In this document: piece by piece, positions 1 through 9,630 of the stretch | Layout: every line of letters begins with the position of its first letter | Position numbering within the stretch: the first letter of the stretch is position 1 | Assembly (NCBI GenBank): GCA_964534195.1 | Contig: CAZHQX010000003.1 | Location: 1 to 44,146 of the forward strand | Length of the DNA: 44,146 nucleotides | Direction of reading: 5' to 3' | Origin: an uncultured Oscillospiraceae bacterium | GTDB taxonomy: Bacteria > Bacillota > Clostridia > Saccharofermentanales > UBA5734 | Position numbers and translations under genes: made by a program | The notes under the pieces: generated by a model | The model's database searches: none | Seen by the model: only the letters and a program-made list of their open reading frames with translations | Told to the model about the DNA's origin: nothing

Positions 1-892
1 GAATCGAACTGGTCAAATCAGTTATTGCAAATTTTACCAGTACCCTCGTGCCTTGGCTTACCTCTCTCGATTCAAATCCGAAGGTGTCTCCTTCGAGAAC
101 AACTGTGCCTGATTCGCTGTTGACATCCTTGATCGGTGTTGATTTGAGCTCAGGATTCAGTCTGCCCCAGATCATATTTTCAGCCTTCGGCATTCTCTTG
201 TATTGGCGCTGCGGCTTAGCCGGTTTGTTGTCACGTCCTACTGACTTAGCTTGCCGCGGCTGAGTCTGTCTTGCCGGTTCGCTGGCAGGCGGCGGTACCT
301 GCGGACCCGGATCTGATGACTCTATTGTTATCGATCTTGCTTCATTGGCAAGTCTGCTTGATTTCATTTCCAATTTGCGGGAACGCTCAGAGATGTCGCC
401 TTTTACCGGTATGAGGCAGAAGGTCGCAGGCAAATTCTGATAATGTCTGCAGAGCTCCTGCAGTTCAGGAATTTTGCTGTTTTCAATAATCGAACAGCAG
501 TCCTCCTGCAAATGAACCTCAACCCTTGAGCTGTCATGTCTGAAGCTCGCGTTTTTCAGCATGGATGCCAAAAAAGCATTGCGCAGCTTAAGGTGACGCA
601 GCATCCAGGGTACAAGCTCAACTGTGTAGCTGCAAATACTCTCACTGCTAAGCCCTGCCGGCATCTGCTGACTGACTATGACTTCACGTGTGTCAAGCTT
701 CTGTTCCAGTGCTTCTTCCAGCCGGCAGATCAGCGATGGCGCAATAAGACGATCCGGTGCGGTTCGTATCAACAGCGTTCCGGTTTTCTTAACTGTCAGC
801 TCTTGGACGGCTCCGCCGATCTCACTCAGCTCAGTCAGTATACTATGACCCGGCAGCAGCCAGGCGAAAAAACTCTTGTAATCAGCTTGCAT
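1..892 (-). CDS. polC: DNA polymerase III PolC-type, N-terminal part (runs off the left edge; absent from the ORF track)
   Basis: Manual translation from ATG at 892 (TAATG overlap with the ispG stop) is open to the window edge. It reads MQADYKSFFAWLLPGH..., then a Pro/Gln-rich linker, then MIWGRLNPELKSTPIKDVNSESGTVVLEGDTFGFESREVSQGTRVLVKFAITDLTSSI, matching the start of the PolC OB fold. rseP-ispG-polC order is typical of Clostridia. Confidence 0.88.
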   Translation of the reverse strand, partial: MQADYKSFFAWLLPGHSILTELSEIGGAVQELTVKKTGTLLIRTAPDRLIAPSLICRLEEALEQKLDTREVIVSQQMPAGLSSESICSYTVELVPWMLRHLKLRNAFLASMLKNASFRHDSSRVEVHLQEDCCSIIENSKIPELQELCRHYQNLPATFCLIPVKGDISERSRKLEMKSSRLANEARSITIESSDPGPQVPPPASEPARQTQPRQAKSVGRDNKPAKPQRQYKRMPKAENMIWGRLNPELKSTPIKDVNSESGTVVLEGDTFGFESREVSQGTRVLVKFAITDLTSSI

Positions 893-2007
893 TATGATTT
901 ATGTGTTCCCTTCCTGGTATTTTCCCGCTCCTTGCAGATTTCATCAGCCAAAGCCAATAGTGCGGAAACCGCTTCATTCTCCGGTACTTTGCGGACGATC
1001 TCACCACGACGGAAAATGATAAATTCCCCGCGGCCTCCCGCTATGCCTATATCGGCTTCTCTTGCCTCACCTGGTCCATTGACGGCACAGCCCATTACTG
1101 CCACCTTAATCGGCTCCTTAATGCTCTCAAGAGCCTTCTCGACCTCGCCTGCTATTCTGACGAGATCGACCGCTGTGCGGCCACAGGTCGGACAGCTGAT
1201 CAACAGAGGTCCTCGATCTCTAAGTCCAAGAGATTTTAGTATCGAATATGCTGCTTTGATCTCCTCGACCGGGTCTGCTGTCAGTGATACTCTCAGTGTA
1301 TCACCGATGCCTTCTGCCAGCAGCGTACCTATGCCTACCGCAGACCTGATAACACCGTCGCGCAGTGTTCCTGCCTCTGTTACACCAAGATGAAGCGGGT
1401 AATCAGTCATCTTAGACAACAGTCTATAGGCCTTGATCGTCAGAGCTGGGTCAGATGCCTTGATCGAAATAACAATGTCATTGAAATCGTATCTCTCGAT
1501 CGCCTTCGTCGCTTCCATGACAGATTCACTCATGGAACGTGCGTTAACTCCGCCATACTGATCGATAATCTTACGATCAAGCGATCCTGAATTGACACCA
1601 ACTCTTATCGGCACTTTACGCTCTTTTGCGGCCAGAACGACCTGTTTAATTCTATCTTCGCTGCCAATATTGCCCGGATTGATCCGAATCTTATCCGCGC
1701 CAGCCTCTAATGCTGCCAGCGCCAATCTATAATCAAAATGAATATCAGCCACCAGCGGCATTGAAGATCTTTTGCGTATCCTGGCAAAAGCCGCGGCCGC
1801 CTCCTGATCCGGTACTGCCAGACGTGTCATCTCGCAGCCAGCCTCGGCCAGCTGTTCTATTTGTCGGAGACATGCCTCCACATCTCTTGTATCTGTATTG
1901 TTCATGGACTGCACAACGATCGGCGCGGTACCACCAATAACCAGGTCGCCCACATGGACTTCTCTGGACTTACGTCTGCTGTAGTCTATATCATTAATAT
2001 CAGTCAT
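892..2007 (-). CDS. ispG: (E)-4-hydroxy-3-methylbut-2-enyl-diphosphate synthase
   Basis: VQSM, PLVADIHFDY, RINPGNIG, RVGVNSGSL, CPTCGR and GCAVNGPGE (4Fe-4S ligands). Confidence 0.97.
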   Translation of the reverse strand: MTDINDIDYSRRKSREVHVGDLVIGGTAPIVVQSMNNTDTRDVEACLRQIEQLAEAGCEMTRLAVPDQEAAAAFARIRKRSSMPLVADIHFDYRLALAALEAGADKIRINPGNIGSEDRIKQVVLAAKERKVPIRVGVNSGSLDRKIIDQYGGVNARSMSESVMEATKAIERYDFNDIVISIKASDPALTIKAYRLLSKMTDYPLHLGVTEAGTLRDGVIRSAVGIGTLLAEGIGDTLRVSLTADPVEEIKAAYSILKSLGLRDRGPLLISCPTCGRTAVDLVRIAGEVEKALESIKEPIKVAVMGCAVNGPGEAREADIGIAGGRGEFIIFRRGEIVRKVPENEAVSALLALADEICKERENTRKGTHKS

Positions 2008-2041
2008 ATTGCCTCCCTGGAAAAATCAGACACTAAATATC

Positions 2042-3358
2042 TCAGCCGCCAGCAAGTCTCATAATATCGAAGGTAAGACCAAGCAGAGCTAGGCCGATGA
2101 TCAATGTAAAACCTACCAGACCTATAATGTTTTGAGTCTTCATTGACAGTCTCCTGCCACGAATCGCTTCGATTCCGGTCAAGATCAAATGATTACCATC
2201 CAGCGGTGGTATCGGCAGCAGATTCATGAAGCCCAGACTGACCGAGATCAGCGCGAACATCCAAAGCAGCTGATAAACGGTATCTCTAACTGGCTGCTTC
2301 TGCTCTACAACATCCCCGATCATGCTGACCACACCAACTGGCCCGGACAGAGTATCTTGCGGCCTAACACTGCCGGAGAACATCATTCCAATGCTGCGGA
2401 CCGTCACCTTGACGATAGACCAGCTCCATTGGAAGGACTGGACAACTGCCTGGCCGAAGCTGTTACTGGCAGAAAAATAAACGCCAGCTGGCAAATTGTC
2501 ATTGTATCTGGTAGCTGTCATTGTCAGATCCATTTCTGTGCCATCTCTGATCACAGTAATGGTAAAAGGCTGGCCCGCGCTGTCTTGTACAGCTTGCTTG
2601 AAGGCAGCGGCATCGCTATAAGATGCACCATTAGCGGCTATCAAAACATCTCCAGCCTGCAGCACAGGCGCGCCATTATTAGAATCAGCGTCAACTGTGT
2701 TAACAACCGCGCCGCCATTTTCAAGCTCAGAAGATACTGTTATACCCAGTCTGTATTGATCAACAGCTCTCGGAATCAACTCAATTACTTTCTCACTTCC
2801 ATCCGCAGACTGTACCTCAAGAGTCACTTTGTCCTCTGCGTCCAAAAACATTTCAACGCCTGTATAATCCAATGTTGTCCTGATACGGTCGCCATTCGCC
2901 TTGATTATACGATCGCCGGCCTCCAGGCCTGATTCATAAGCGAGTGTATTCTCAACTGTACCGGCTATAACCGGAATCGTAACCCCGAAGCTGCTGAACA
3001 TGATAAGAAACGCCAGTACGCCTGACAGCAGATTAAGAGCAGGACCGGTAACCAGAACTATAGCTCGCGCCCATCGCGGACGATTGTAAAAATATCCCGA
3101 CTGATCCTCTTCAGTTTCACTATTATAAACTTCATCATCCTCGTCTCCGGCAAATCGCACCGAAGCGCCTATTGGCAGAAGCTTGATATTGTATCTGATG
3201 CCGTTCTTCTTCCATTCGAACAGAACTGGTCCCATGAATATCGAAAACTCGGTCACTTTGAACCCAAGTCTTCTGGCTGTAAGATAATGACCCAGCTCAT
3301 GAACTATCATCATTATGCTAAGGAACATTATTCCAATCAAAATTCCAACAAAGCCCAT
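2042..3358 (-). CDS. rseP: RIP metalloprotease RseP (M50, two PDZ-like domains)
   Basis: HELGH zinc motif, NLLPIPPLDG, SGPVG; lies between dxr and ispG. Confidence 0.93.
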   Translation of the reverse strand: MGFVGILIGIMFLSIMMIVHELGHYLTARRLGFKVTEFSIFMGPVLFEWKKNGIRYNIKLLPIGASVRFAGDEDDEVYNSETEEDQSGYFYNRPRWARAIVLVTGPALNLLSGVLAFLIMFSSFGVTIPVIAGTVENTLAYESGLEAGDRIIKANGDRIRTTLDYTGVEMFLDAEDKVTLEVQSADGSEKVIELIPRAVDQYRLGITVSSELENGGAVVNTVDADSNNGAPVLQAGDVLIAANGASYSDAAAFKQAVQDSAGQPFTITVIRDGTEMDLTMTATRYNDNLPAGVYFSASNSFGQAVVQSFQWSWSIVKVTVRSIGMMFSGSVRPQDTLSGPVGVVSMIGDVVEQKQPVRDTVYQLLWMFALISVSLGFMNLLPIPPLDGNHLILTGIEAIRGRRLSMKTQNIIGLVGFTLIIGLALLGLTFDIMRLAGG

Positions 3359-3391
3359 ACTATTTGACTCCTTTCGGTCTGTAACAGAATA

Positions 3392-3400
3392 ATTATATCA
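3392..3400 (-). promoter_or_regulatory. Extended -10 promoter (TGATATAAT) for rseP-ispG-polC
   Basis: Minus strand reads gatTGaTATAATtatt, then SD aaggag before the rseP ATG. Confidence 0.55.
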
Positions 3401-3422
3401 ATCTGTCCAGCCGTTTATCGTA

Positions 3423-4583
3423 TCATAGAGACTTAGCTGCCTCTCGTGCCCACCGATCGGCATCCATGAGGCCGGCAAAATCAAAACCTGCTGACCAGTT
3501 TGATTTATGATGCAAATTCATCACATGCTCAACCTGAACTGCTATATCGGCAAAGGATATTCTGCCTGACAGGAAGCGCCAGACGGCTTCTTCGTTAGCC
3601 GCGTTCATGACAGCCGGCATGGTACCGCCGATTTCGGCAGCTTCATAAGCAAGCGGCAGAAGTCTGAAGGTATCGGTATCCGGCTCCTCGAAAGTAAGAT
3701 TTCTGGACTGTGGATCAAATGGATCAAACCTCCTGTCGTTTGCCGGCTGTCTCTGTGGCCAGGTAAGTGCCAGCTGAATCGGATGCTTCATGTTAGGGAA
3801 ACCCATCTGTGCAATAACCGATCCATCGGTAAGCTCGATCATTGAATGAATTATACTCTGGGGATGAACCACGACCTCAATATTATCTACCGGGCAATCA
3901 AAGAGCCAGGCAGCTTCAATAACTTCCAGACCCTTGTTCATCAACGTCGCCGAATCAATTGTGATCTTACCTCCCATTTTCCAGGTAGGATGATCAAGCG
4001 CTTGTTCTACTGATATGTTTACTAATTGCTCAGGTTTTTTGCCACGAAAGGGGCCGCCTGATGCTGTTAACAGTATTCTCCTGAGACTATTGTCAGGTGA
4101 GCCTGCCAGGCACTGCCAGATTGCTGAATGCTCACTGTCCACAGGCAATAATCTGACGCCGTATTCTTTTGCCAATGGCATGACAAGAGCTCCACCGGCA
4201 ACAAGTGTCTCCTTGTTAGCCAATGCGATATCCTTACCGGCTCTTATCGCGGACATTACAGGCTCCAGACCGGCGACACCGACCATAGCAGCAACAACAG
4301 CATCTGCTTCGGCAATCGAAGCTGCGGCATTATTACCGGCCATTCCATGCATGATCTCTGGTTTGCTGTCAAAATCAGCAAGAGCTTCAGCCAGTTGTCC
4401 AGACAGTTCGGCATTCTGAACGCTGACAAGTATTGGTCTGAACTCTCTTATTTGTTTTTCCAGTAGTTCTATATTATTCGCGCAGGTCAATGCGGCGATC
4501 TTAATGCCAAGATGTCGACAGACCTCAAGTGTCTGCGTACCGATCGATCCGGTTGATCCTAAAATTGAAATAGTCTGAATCAT
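3423..4583 (-). CDS. dxr: 1-deoxy-D-xylulose-5-phosphate reductoisomerase
   Basis: ILGSTGSIGTQTL, LANKETLV, LPVDSEH, HPTWKMGGKITIDSATLMNKGLE. Confidence 0.98.
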   Translation of the reverse strand: MIQTISILGSTGSIGTQTLEVCRHLGIKIAALTCANNIELLEKQIREFRPILVSVQNAELSGQLAEALADFDSKPEIMHGMAGNNAAASIAEADAVVAAMVGVAGLEPVMSAIRAGKDIALANKETLVAGGALVMPLAKEYGVRLLPVDSEHSAIWQCLAGSPDNSLRRILLTASGGPFRGKKPEQLVNISVEQALDHPTWKMGGKITIDSATLMNKGLEVIEAAWLFDCPVDNIEVVVHPQSIIHSMIELTDGSVIAQMGFPNMKHPIQLALTWPQRQPANDRRFDPFDPQSRNLTFEEPDTDTFRLLPLAYEAAEIGGTMPAVMNAANEEAVWRFLSGRISFADIAVQVEHVMNLHHKSNWSAGFDFAGLMDADRWAREAAKSL

Positions 4584-4645
4584 GTTTCAGCTCCCTGCTC
4601 AAACGTATGTGTTTTCAAATTACCGTGGATAAAAGGCAGTAAATA

Positions 4646-5533
4646 TCAGTTTTGAAAAAACTGCCAATAGAGGATTGCCAACAGTAGTGTTATAGGCATC
4701 GTAAAAAACGCGCTGTCAAAGCGATCGAGAATACCACCATGCCCTGGCAAAAGCTTGCCAAAATCCTTAATGCCGGCTCTTCTCTTAATTACAGAGGCCA
4801 GCCAGTCACCAAATTGCGAGGCTATACTTAGTATGATACCGCCAATCAGAGCAAACAAAAAATGCTGAAGCATGTCTGGTCTGATTTTAGTCACTCTAAG
4901 CAGAACAAACTCGGAATACAAGATAAGAACTGCTACAGTACCAGCTAATCCGCCCAAGCAGCCCTCAAGTGTTTTTTTAGGGCTGATTTTGGGCAGTATA
5001 TGATGACGACCGATCGCTGAGCCTGTGAAATATGCGGCTACATCTGATGCCCATGGAGCGATCAACGCAAGCACCAGCCAGTACCATCCCAGCGGAACAT
5101 AATAGAGCAGTAAAACGGAACAGGTCAGAGGAAAGGCTGTGTAGGCCATGATCAGAGATCCAGCAGCAACTGACATCAGATCCTCAGGGCCGGTTTTTAT
5201 CAATGGTACAATTAAATTCATCATCATCAAACCAAGCAGAGCCGATAATGAAAGTGCCAATGCAGCCGCGGCTCCGTTCCAGGCGTCAAGAACTATTACG
5301 TCGGAAGTAAGCTTAAGCACCAAAGGCAATAAAAAAGTCATGGCCCCAATAAAAACAGGCCATCTGACCATTTTAAGGCCGCCTGCCTCAGCCGCATTCA
5401 ACAGCTCCTGAACAGTTGTGATGCTGACAAACAGCAATAACAAAGTAGAAATCAATGGCCAGCGAATACCTGGTCCTATAAAAAGCGCGATGCCAAGTGT
5501 GAACAATACTCCAGTAATTACACGCTGTCTCAT
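4646..5533 (-). CDS. cdsA: Phosphatidate cytidylyltransferase
   Basis: Polytopic membrane protein with ISPKKTLEG and KDFGKLLPGHGGILDRFDS; ATGA overlap with uppS. Confidence 0.95.
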   Translation of the reverse strand: MRQRVITGVLFTLGIALFIGPGIRWPLISTLLLLFVSITTVQELLNAAEAGGLKMVRWPVFIGAMTFLLPLVLKLTSDVIVLDAWNGAAAALALSLSALLGLMMMNLIVPLIKTGPEDLMSVAAGSLIMAYTAFPLTCSVLLLYYVPLGWYWLVLALIAPWASDVAAYFTGSAIGRHHILPKISPKKTLEGCLGGLAGTVAVLILYSEFVLLRVTKIRPDMLQHFLFALIGGIILSIASQFGDWLASVIKRRAGIKDFGKLLPGHGGILDRFDSAFFTMPITLLLAILYWQFFQN

Positions 5534-6348
5534 TTTGCTCCAATACCTCCAAAGCGCCTATCTCTATCTGTATAAGCGGTCAAAGCTTGTATCAGGTTGC
5601 TCTCGTCAAAATCAGGCCACATGACGTCAGAAAACCAGAACTCGGCATATGCGGACTGCCAAAGCAGAAAATTTGATAATCTCTGTTCTCCGCTTGGTCG
5701 AATGATCAAATCAGGATCCGGTACATCCGGCAGATAGAGGCATCGTTTAATATCCTGCTCATCTATCTTTTCAGGATCAAGGCTGCCGCTTCTCAAGTCA
5801 TGCGCCAGTTTTTGAAAAGCCTGAACCAGTTCTCTTCTTCCACCATAGTTAATCGCTACTATCAGCTGCATTTTATTCCTTGATGCTGATTCGGCCTCGG
5901 CATCAGCCATAATCTTCTGAATATTATCCGGCAAAGCTTTTAAATCACCGGAGAAACGCAGTCTGATGCCCTCCTGTGCCAGTTCTCTGTCATATCGATG
6001 AAAAAACTCAACAAAAAGCTCCATCAAAGCATGGACCTCATCATCAGGCCTGCTCCAATTTTCGGTTGAAAAAGCATATACGGTCAAATATTTAATGCCT
6101 CTCCGTCCGCACATGCGGCAGAGATTTTTCAAATTTTCAGCACCTGCTCGATGGCCTGCCTGACGCGGCAGATTTCTCTGTTTAGCCCAGCGGCCATTGC
6201 CATCCATAATTACAGCCAGATGCTCTGGAACATCAAGCTTATCCGGCCCGGCGCCATCATAATCAACAATATTCTGATAGCTTTTTTCGTCTCTTCTTGA
6301 GCGGCGCATCGAAGATAATAGCCAGGACAGTCTCTGCGATAATTTCAT
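5530..6348 (-). CDS. uppS: Undecaprenyl diphosphate synthase (isoprenyl transferase)
   Basis: HLAVIMDGNGRWA, YAFSTENWSRP, DLIIRPSGEQRLSNFLLWQ. Confidence 0.96.
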   Translation of the reverse strand: MKLSQRLSWLLSSMRRSRRDEKSYQNIVDYDGAGPDKLDVPEHLAVIMDGNGRWAKQRNLPRQAGHRAGAENLKNLCRMCGRRGIKYLTVYAFSTENWSRPDDEVHALMELFVEFFHRYDRELAQEGIRLRFSGDLKALPDNIQKIMADAEAESASRNKMQLIVAINYGGRRELVQAFQKLAHDLRSGSLDPEKIDEQDIKRCLYLPDVPDPDLIIRPSGEQRLSNFLLWQSAYAEFWFSDVMWPDFDESNLIQALTAYTDRDRRFGGIGAK

Positions 6349-6382
6349 TAAAATTCAGGCAGTATGCCTATCCTCCTGTTTT

Positions 6383-6414
6383 AATAAGAAACCGGGCGTT
6401 TCCACCCGGTTTCT
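6383..6414 (-). terminator. Probable intrinsic terminator downstream of frr
   Basis: Minus strand agaaaCCGGGTG-gaaa-CGCCCGGtttcttatt: GNRA-capped hairpin with U-rich tail. Confidence 0.65.
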
Positions 6415-6495
6415 ATGTCAGGCTGTATACCCTGTTGGTTTATCTTTTTTAGTGATATTCGATCAGCTAACTTGCTATTTTTGCAAGTATGCTCA

Positions 6496-7068
6496 TCAAA
6501 GCTCCATCAGGTCTTTTTCCTTGGCCTCTGCAGCTTTATCGATATCGCTGACATAACGATCTGTCAGCTTCTGCATGGCAGTTTCAACCTCAGACATCTG
6601 GTCTTCAGTTATATCTTTTTTCTTAAGAAGCGCACGGAAATGATCAATGCCCTCTCTTCTTAAGTTTCTGATTGCTATTTTTGCCTCTTCACCATATTTA
6701 CCGACCTGTTTTGCCAGATCGCGGCGACGCTCTTCAGTAAGAGCAGGGAAAACCAATCTGATCATCTTGCCGTCGTTCGATGGATTTATACCAAGATCTG
6801 AAGCTTGTATAGACTTCTCGATCAGCTTAAGTGATGTCGGATCCCATGGAGATATTGTAATGATCCTAGGCTCAGGTACCTGTATATTAGCCACCTGATT
6901 GATAGGCGTCGGCACTCCGTAATACTCAATAGTGATGTGATCCAGAACCTTGGCATTGGCACGCCCTGCACGAATAGCGTTAAACTCCTCCTGCAATACA
7001 AGCAATGTTTTCTTCATCTTCTCCTCATAAGGTAAAAATGAATCCTTGGTAATCTCTATAGAAACCAT
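6496..7068 (-). CDS. frr: Ribosome recycling factor
   Basis: IRAGRAN, YYGVPTPINQVA, NPSNDG, PALTEERR. Confidence 0.97.
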   Translation of the reverse strand: MVSIEITKDSFLPYEEKMKKTLLVLQEEFNAIRAGRANAKVLDHITIEYYGVPTPINQVANIQVPEPRIITISPWDPTSLKLIEKSIQASDLGINPSNDGKMIRLVFPALTEERRRDLAKQVGKYGEEAKIAIRNLRREGIDHFRALLKKKDITEDQMSEVETAMQKLTDRYVSDIDKAAEAKEKDLMEL

Positions 7069-7098
7069 ATCTGCACCTCCGAATTATGATCTCAGATC

Positions 7099-7127
7099 AT
7101 TATACCCAAACCAATCTGTGTTATCAA
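7099..7127 (-). promoter_or_regulatory. SigA-type promoter for frr
   Basis: TTGATA (7127-7122), 17-bp spacer, TATAAT (7104-7099); SD ggagg downstream. Confidence 0.7.
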
Positions 7128-7832
7128 TCAGTTTACGATCGTACCGAGGTCCTGACCTTCTGCCATGCGAAGAATATTGTCCGGATCAGACATACTGAAA
7201 ACGGCTATAGCGATTTTATTGTCGCGGCAAAGTGCAGCTGCCGTCGCGTCCATGACACCTAAGCTCATCTGCAAAACTTCATCATGACTGATCTTGTTGT
7301 ATTTGACCGCATCATTAAATCTGTTGGGGTCTTTGTCATAAACACCATCTACCATCGTCGCTTTGAAAATAATATCTGCCTCTATTTCAGAAGCCCTGAG
7401 TGCTGCTGCAGTATCAGTCGAGAAGAAAGGATTGCCAGTGCCACAGGCAAATATAACAACACGGCCCTTCTCAAGATGTCTTATTGCTCTCTTTCGAATA
7501 TAGGTTTCAGCAATCTGACGCATCTCAATCGCGCTAAGAACTCTGGTAACAGCACCTGCCTGCTCAAGAGCATCAGACAGAGCCAATGCGTTAATGCTTG
7601 TAGCCAGCATACCCATGTGATCTGCTGTTACACGATCCATGCCCTCGCTGCTGCGGCCACGCCAGAAATTTCCTCCGCCAACTACGATAGCAACCTGAAC
7701 ATCCATCTCGGTCAGTTTCTTGATCGTATTGCCAAGAACCTGAAGCACCTCATTATCAAGTCCAGTACCTTTGGGTCCTGCAAGCGCCTCTCCACTGATC
7801 TTAAGAAGAATTCTTCGATAAATTGCTGACAT
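7128..7832 (-). CDS. pyrH: UMP kinase
   Basis: [36 protein letters not shown]; start placed at ATG 7832 after SD ggagg. Confidence 0.97.
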   Translation of the reverse strand: MSAIYRRILLKISGEALAGPKGTGLDNEVLQVLGNTIKKLTEMDVQVAIVVGGGNFWRGRSSEGMDRVTADHMGMLATSINALALSDALEQAGAVTRVLSAIEMRQIAETYIRKRAIRHLEKGRVVIFACGTGNPFFSTDTAAALRASEIEADIIFKATMVDGVYDKDPNRFNDAVKYNKISHDEVLQMSLGVMDATAAALCRDNKIAIAVFSMSDPDNILRMAEGQDLGTIVN

Positions 7833-7870
7833 GATCAACCTCCATACTCTATGTTTGCTTGTTTATCTTC

Positions 7871-7901
7871 AAAAAAAGGGACATGCAAGGCATGTCCCTT
7901 T
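7871..7901 (-). terminator. Intrinsic terminator after rpsB-tsf
   Basis: aaaGGGACATGC-ctt-GCATGTCCC-TTTTTTT on the minus strand. Confidence 0.85.
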
Positions 7902-7918
7902 GAGTTTAATTTCAGGGT

Positions 7919-8566
7919 TTACTTGATCTGCTTCATGACCTCATCAGCAAAATTCTCTTCGCGCTTCTGCAGTCCCTCACCCATTTCATAACGGGTGAAG
8001 CGGCGAACAGTGATATTTTCACCAATAGTGGCGATCATCTGTGTAAGAACTTCACGAACTTTCTTCGAATCATCCTTAATGAAGCTCTGCTCAAGCAGAC
8101 AATTTTCATCGTAGAATTTGCTTAGACGACCTTCGACGATTTTATCAACGATCTTCTCGGGTTTGCCCTCATTGAGAGCCTGATTACGTACGATCTCACG
8201 TTCTTTTTCAAGAGCGTCAGCCGGAACTTCTTCCTTTGATACCCATCTTGGGTTCATAGCTGCGATCTGCATTCCTAACTCTTTTACAAAAGTACGGAAA
8301 TCTTCATTTTTCGCGGCAAAGTCTGTCTCAATATTTACTTCGATAAGTACGCCAACACGTCCGCCCATGTGAATGTATGATTCAACGATACCTTCAGCAG
8401 CAATACGACTGGATTTCTTCTCGGCAGTAGCAATGCCCTTCTCGCGCAGCCATTTGATGGCCTTCTCCATATCGCCGTCAGCTTCTGTCAGCGCTTTCTT
8501 GCAGTCCATCATGCCTGAACCGGTTTTTTCTCTTATTTCTTTTATCATGTCTAGTGTAACAGCCAT
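7919..8566 (-). CDS. tsf: Elongation factor Ts (short, 215-aa type)
   Basis: [40 protein letters not shown]. Confidence 0.97.
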   Translation of the reverse strand: MAVTLDMIKEIREKTGSGMMDCKKALTEADGDMEKAIKWLREKGIATAEKKSSRIAAEGIVESYIHMGGRVGVLIEVNIETDFAAKNEDFRTFVKELGMQIAAMNPRWVSKEEVPADALEKEREIVRNQALNEGKPEKIVDKIVEGRLSKFYDENCLLEQSFIKDDSKKVREVLTQMIATIGENITVRRFTRYEMGEGLQKREENFADEVMKQIK

Positions 8567-8624
8567 TATTTATACCTCCTGAATTGTAATGATCGGTTTC
8601 GTGAAACGAAATATAAAACAGATA

Positions 8625-9407
8625 TTAAGCTTCTTCTTCAGTTTCTACAACTTCTTCAGCTTCTGCTTCTGCTTCAACTTCAACTTCTGCTTCTGCAGGT
8701 GCACTGCCGGCGACCTCTAGCTGCTCGCCCTGACGGCCTTCCAGCATAGCATCAGCCATTTTGCCTGCGATCAGCTTAACGGCGCGGATCGCGTCATCAT
8801 TACCAGGAATAACATAATCGACTTCTTCTGGATCACAGTTTGTATCTACGATACCAATGATGGGTATACCTAGACGACGAGCTTCCATAACTGCGATATG
8901 TTCTTTTCTTGGATCAACTACGAACATGCATGAAGGGATACCAGGCATCTTCTTGATACCGCCGAGATTCTTCTCGAGCTTTTCCATCTCAAGCTTGAGC
9001 TTAGCGACTTCCTTCTTAGGCAGAACGTCAAATGTACCATTCTCCTGCATCTGCTCAAGTTCTTCCAGACGGTGGATCCTCTTCTTGATCGTTGCATAGT
9101 TTGTCAGAGTTCCGCCCAGCCAGCGGTTGTTGATGAAGTACATTCCGCAGCGTTCTGCTTCTTCACGGATAGAATCCTGAGCCTGCTTCTTAGTACCTAC
9201 AAACAGCATCGTACCGCCGTTCATAGAAACCTGACGGGCAAACATATAAGCCTCGTCTGCCTTACGGACTGTCTTCTGCAGGTCAATGATATAAATACCA
9301 TTGCGCTCTGTGTAGATGTACTCTGCCATTTTAGGATTCCAGCGACGGGTCTGATGACCGAAATGTACACCGGCTTCCAATAGCTGTTTCATGCTGATTA
9401 CTGCCAT
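8625..9407 (-). CDS. rpsB: 30S ribosomal protein S2
   Basis: [37 protein letters not shown]; start at ATG 9407 after SD aggagg (the ORF-track extension runs through the leader). Confidence 0.98.
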   Translation of the reverse strand: MAVISMKQLLEAGVHFGHQTRRWNPKMAEYIYTERNGIYIIDLQKTVRKADEAYMFARQVSMNGGTMLFVGTKKQAQDSIREEAERCGMYFINNRWLGGTLTNYATIKKRIHRLEELEQMQENGTFDVLPKKEVAKLKLEMEKLEKNLGGIKKMPGIPSCMFVVDPRKEHIAVMEARRLGIPIIGIVDTNCDPEEVDYVIPGNDDAIRAVKLIAGKMADAMLEGRQGEQLEVAGSAPAEAEVEVEAEAEAEEVVETEEEA

Positions 9408-9424
9408 TTTAAAATTCCTCCTGT

Positions 9425-9500
9425 TTGTTCCACCATGGGTACTTAGGCCGAAGACCATCTAAGTCGGCAACAGGCATAGTCGTCCCATGTGCGTATTTAA
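9425..9500 (-). ncRNA. rpsB 5' leader (S2 autoregulatory/t44-like structured RNA)
   Basis: Outer helix CACAUGGG/CCCAUG-GUG, inner ACUUAG...GGUC-UUCG-GCC...CUAAGU, ending GUGGA before the SD; lies between the promoter and rpsB. Confidence 0.6.
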
Positions 9501-9510
9501 ATCGCTCAGT

Positions 9511-9539
9511 ATTGTAACACGTTACTTTGCTTATGACAA
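9511..9539 (-). promoter_or_regulatory. SigA promoter for rpsB-tsf
   Basis: TTGTCA (9539-9534), 17-bp spacer, TACAAT (9516-9511), with an extended TG. Confidence 0.75.
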
Positions 9540-9561
9540 GTAGCCTGCGCTGATATATAAT
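9533..9561 (+). promoter_or_regulatory. SigA promoter for the divergent PepV-fusion/GNAT operon
   Basis: ATGACA (9533-9538), 17-bp spacer, TATAAT (9556-9561). Confidence 0.6.
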
Positions 9562-9630
9562 GATGGCAATAATAATGACAGTTTCATTTGATTTAAACTC
9601 TACATATCAGGACAGCGGGAGGACACGAAA

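Noticed and set aside
536-1393. 285-aa plus-strand ORF
   Set aside because: Antisense shadow of polC/ispG with no SD and no recognisable motifs
2189-2932. 247-aa plus-strand ORF, and similar long antisense ORFs (7284-7829, 27166-27873, 38164-38736)
   Set aside because: They lie wholly opposite well-supported genes and are explained by codon bias on the coding strand
7919-8566. EF-Ts of only 215 aa as a possible truncation
   Set aside because: The short EF-Ts form is a known intact variant; SD, C-terminal motif and terminator are normal
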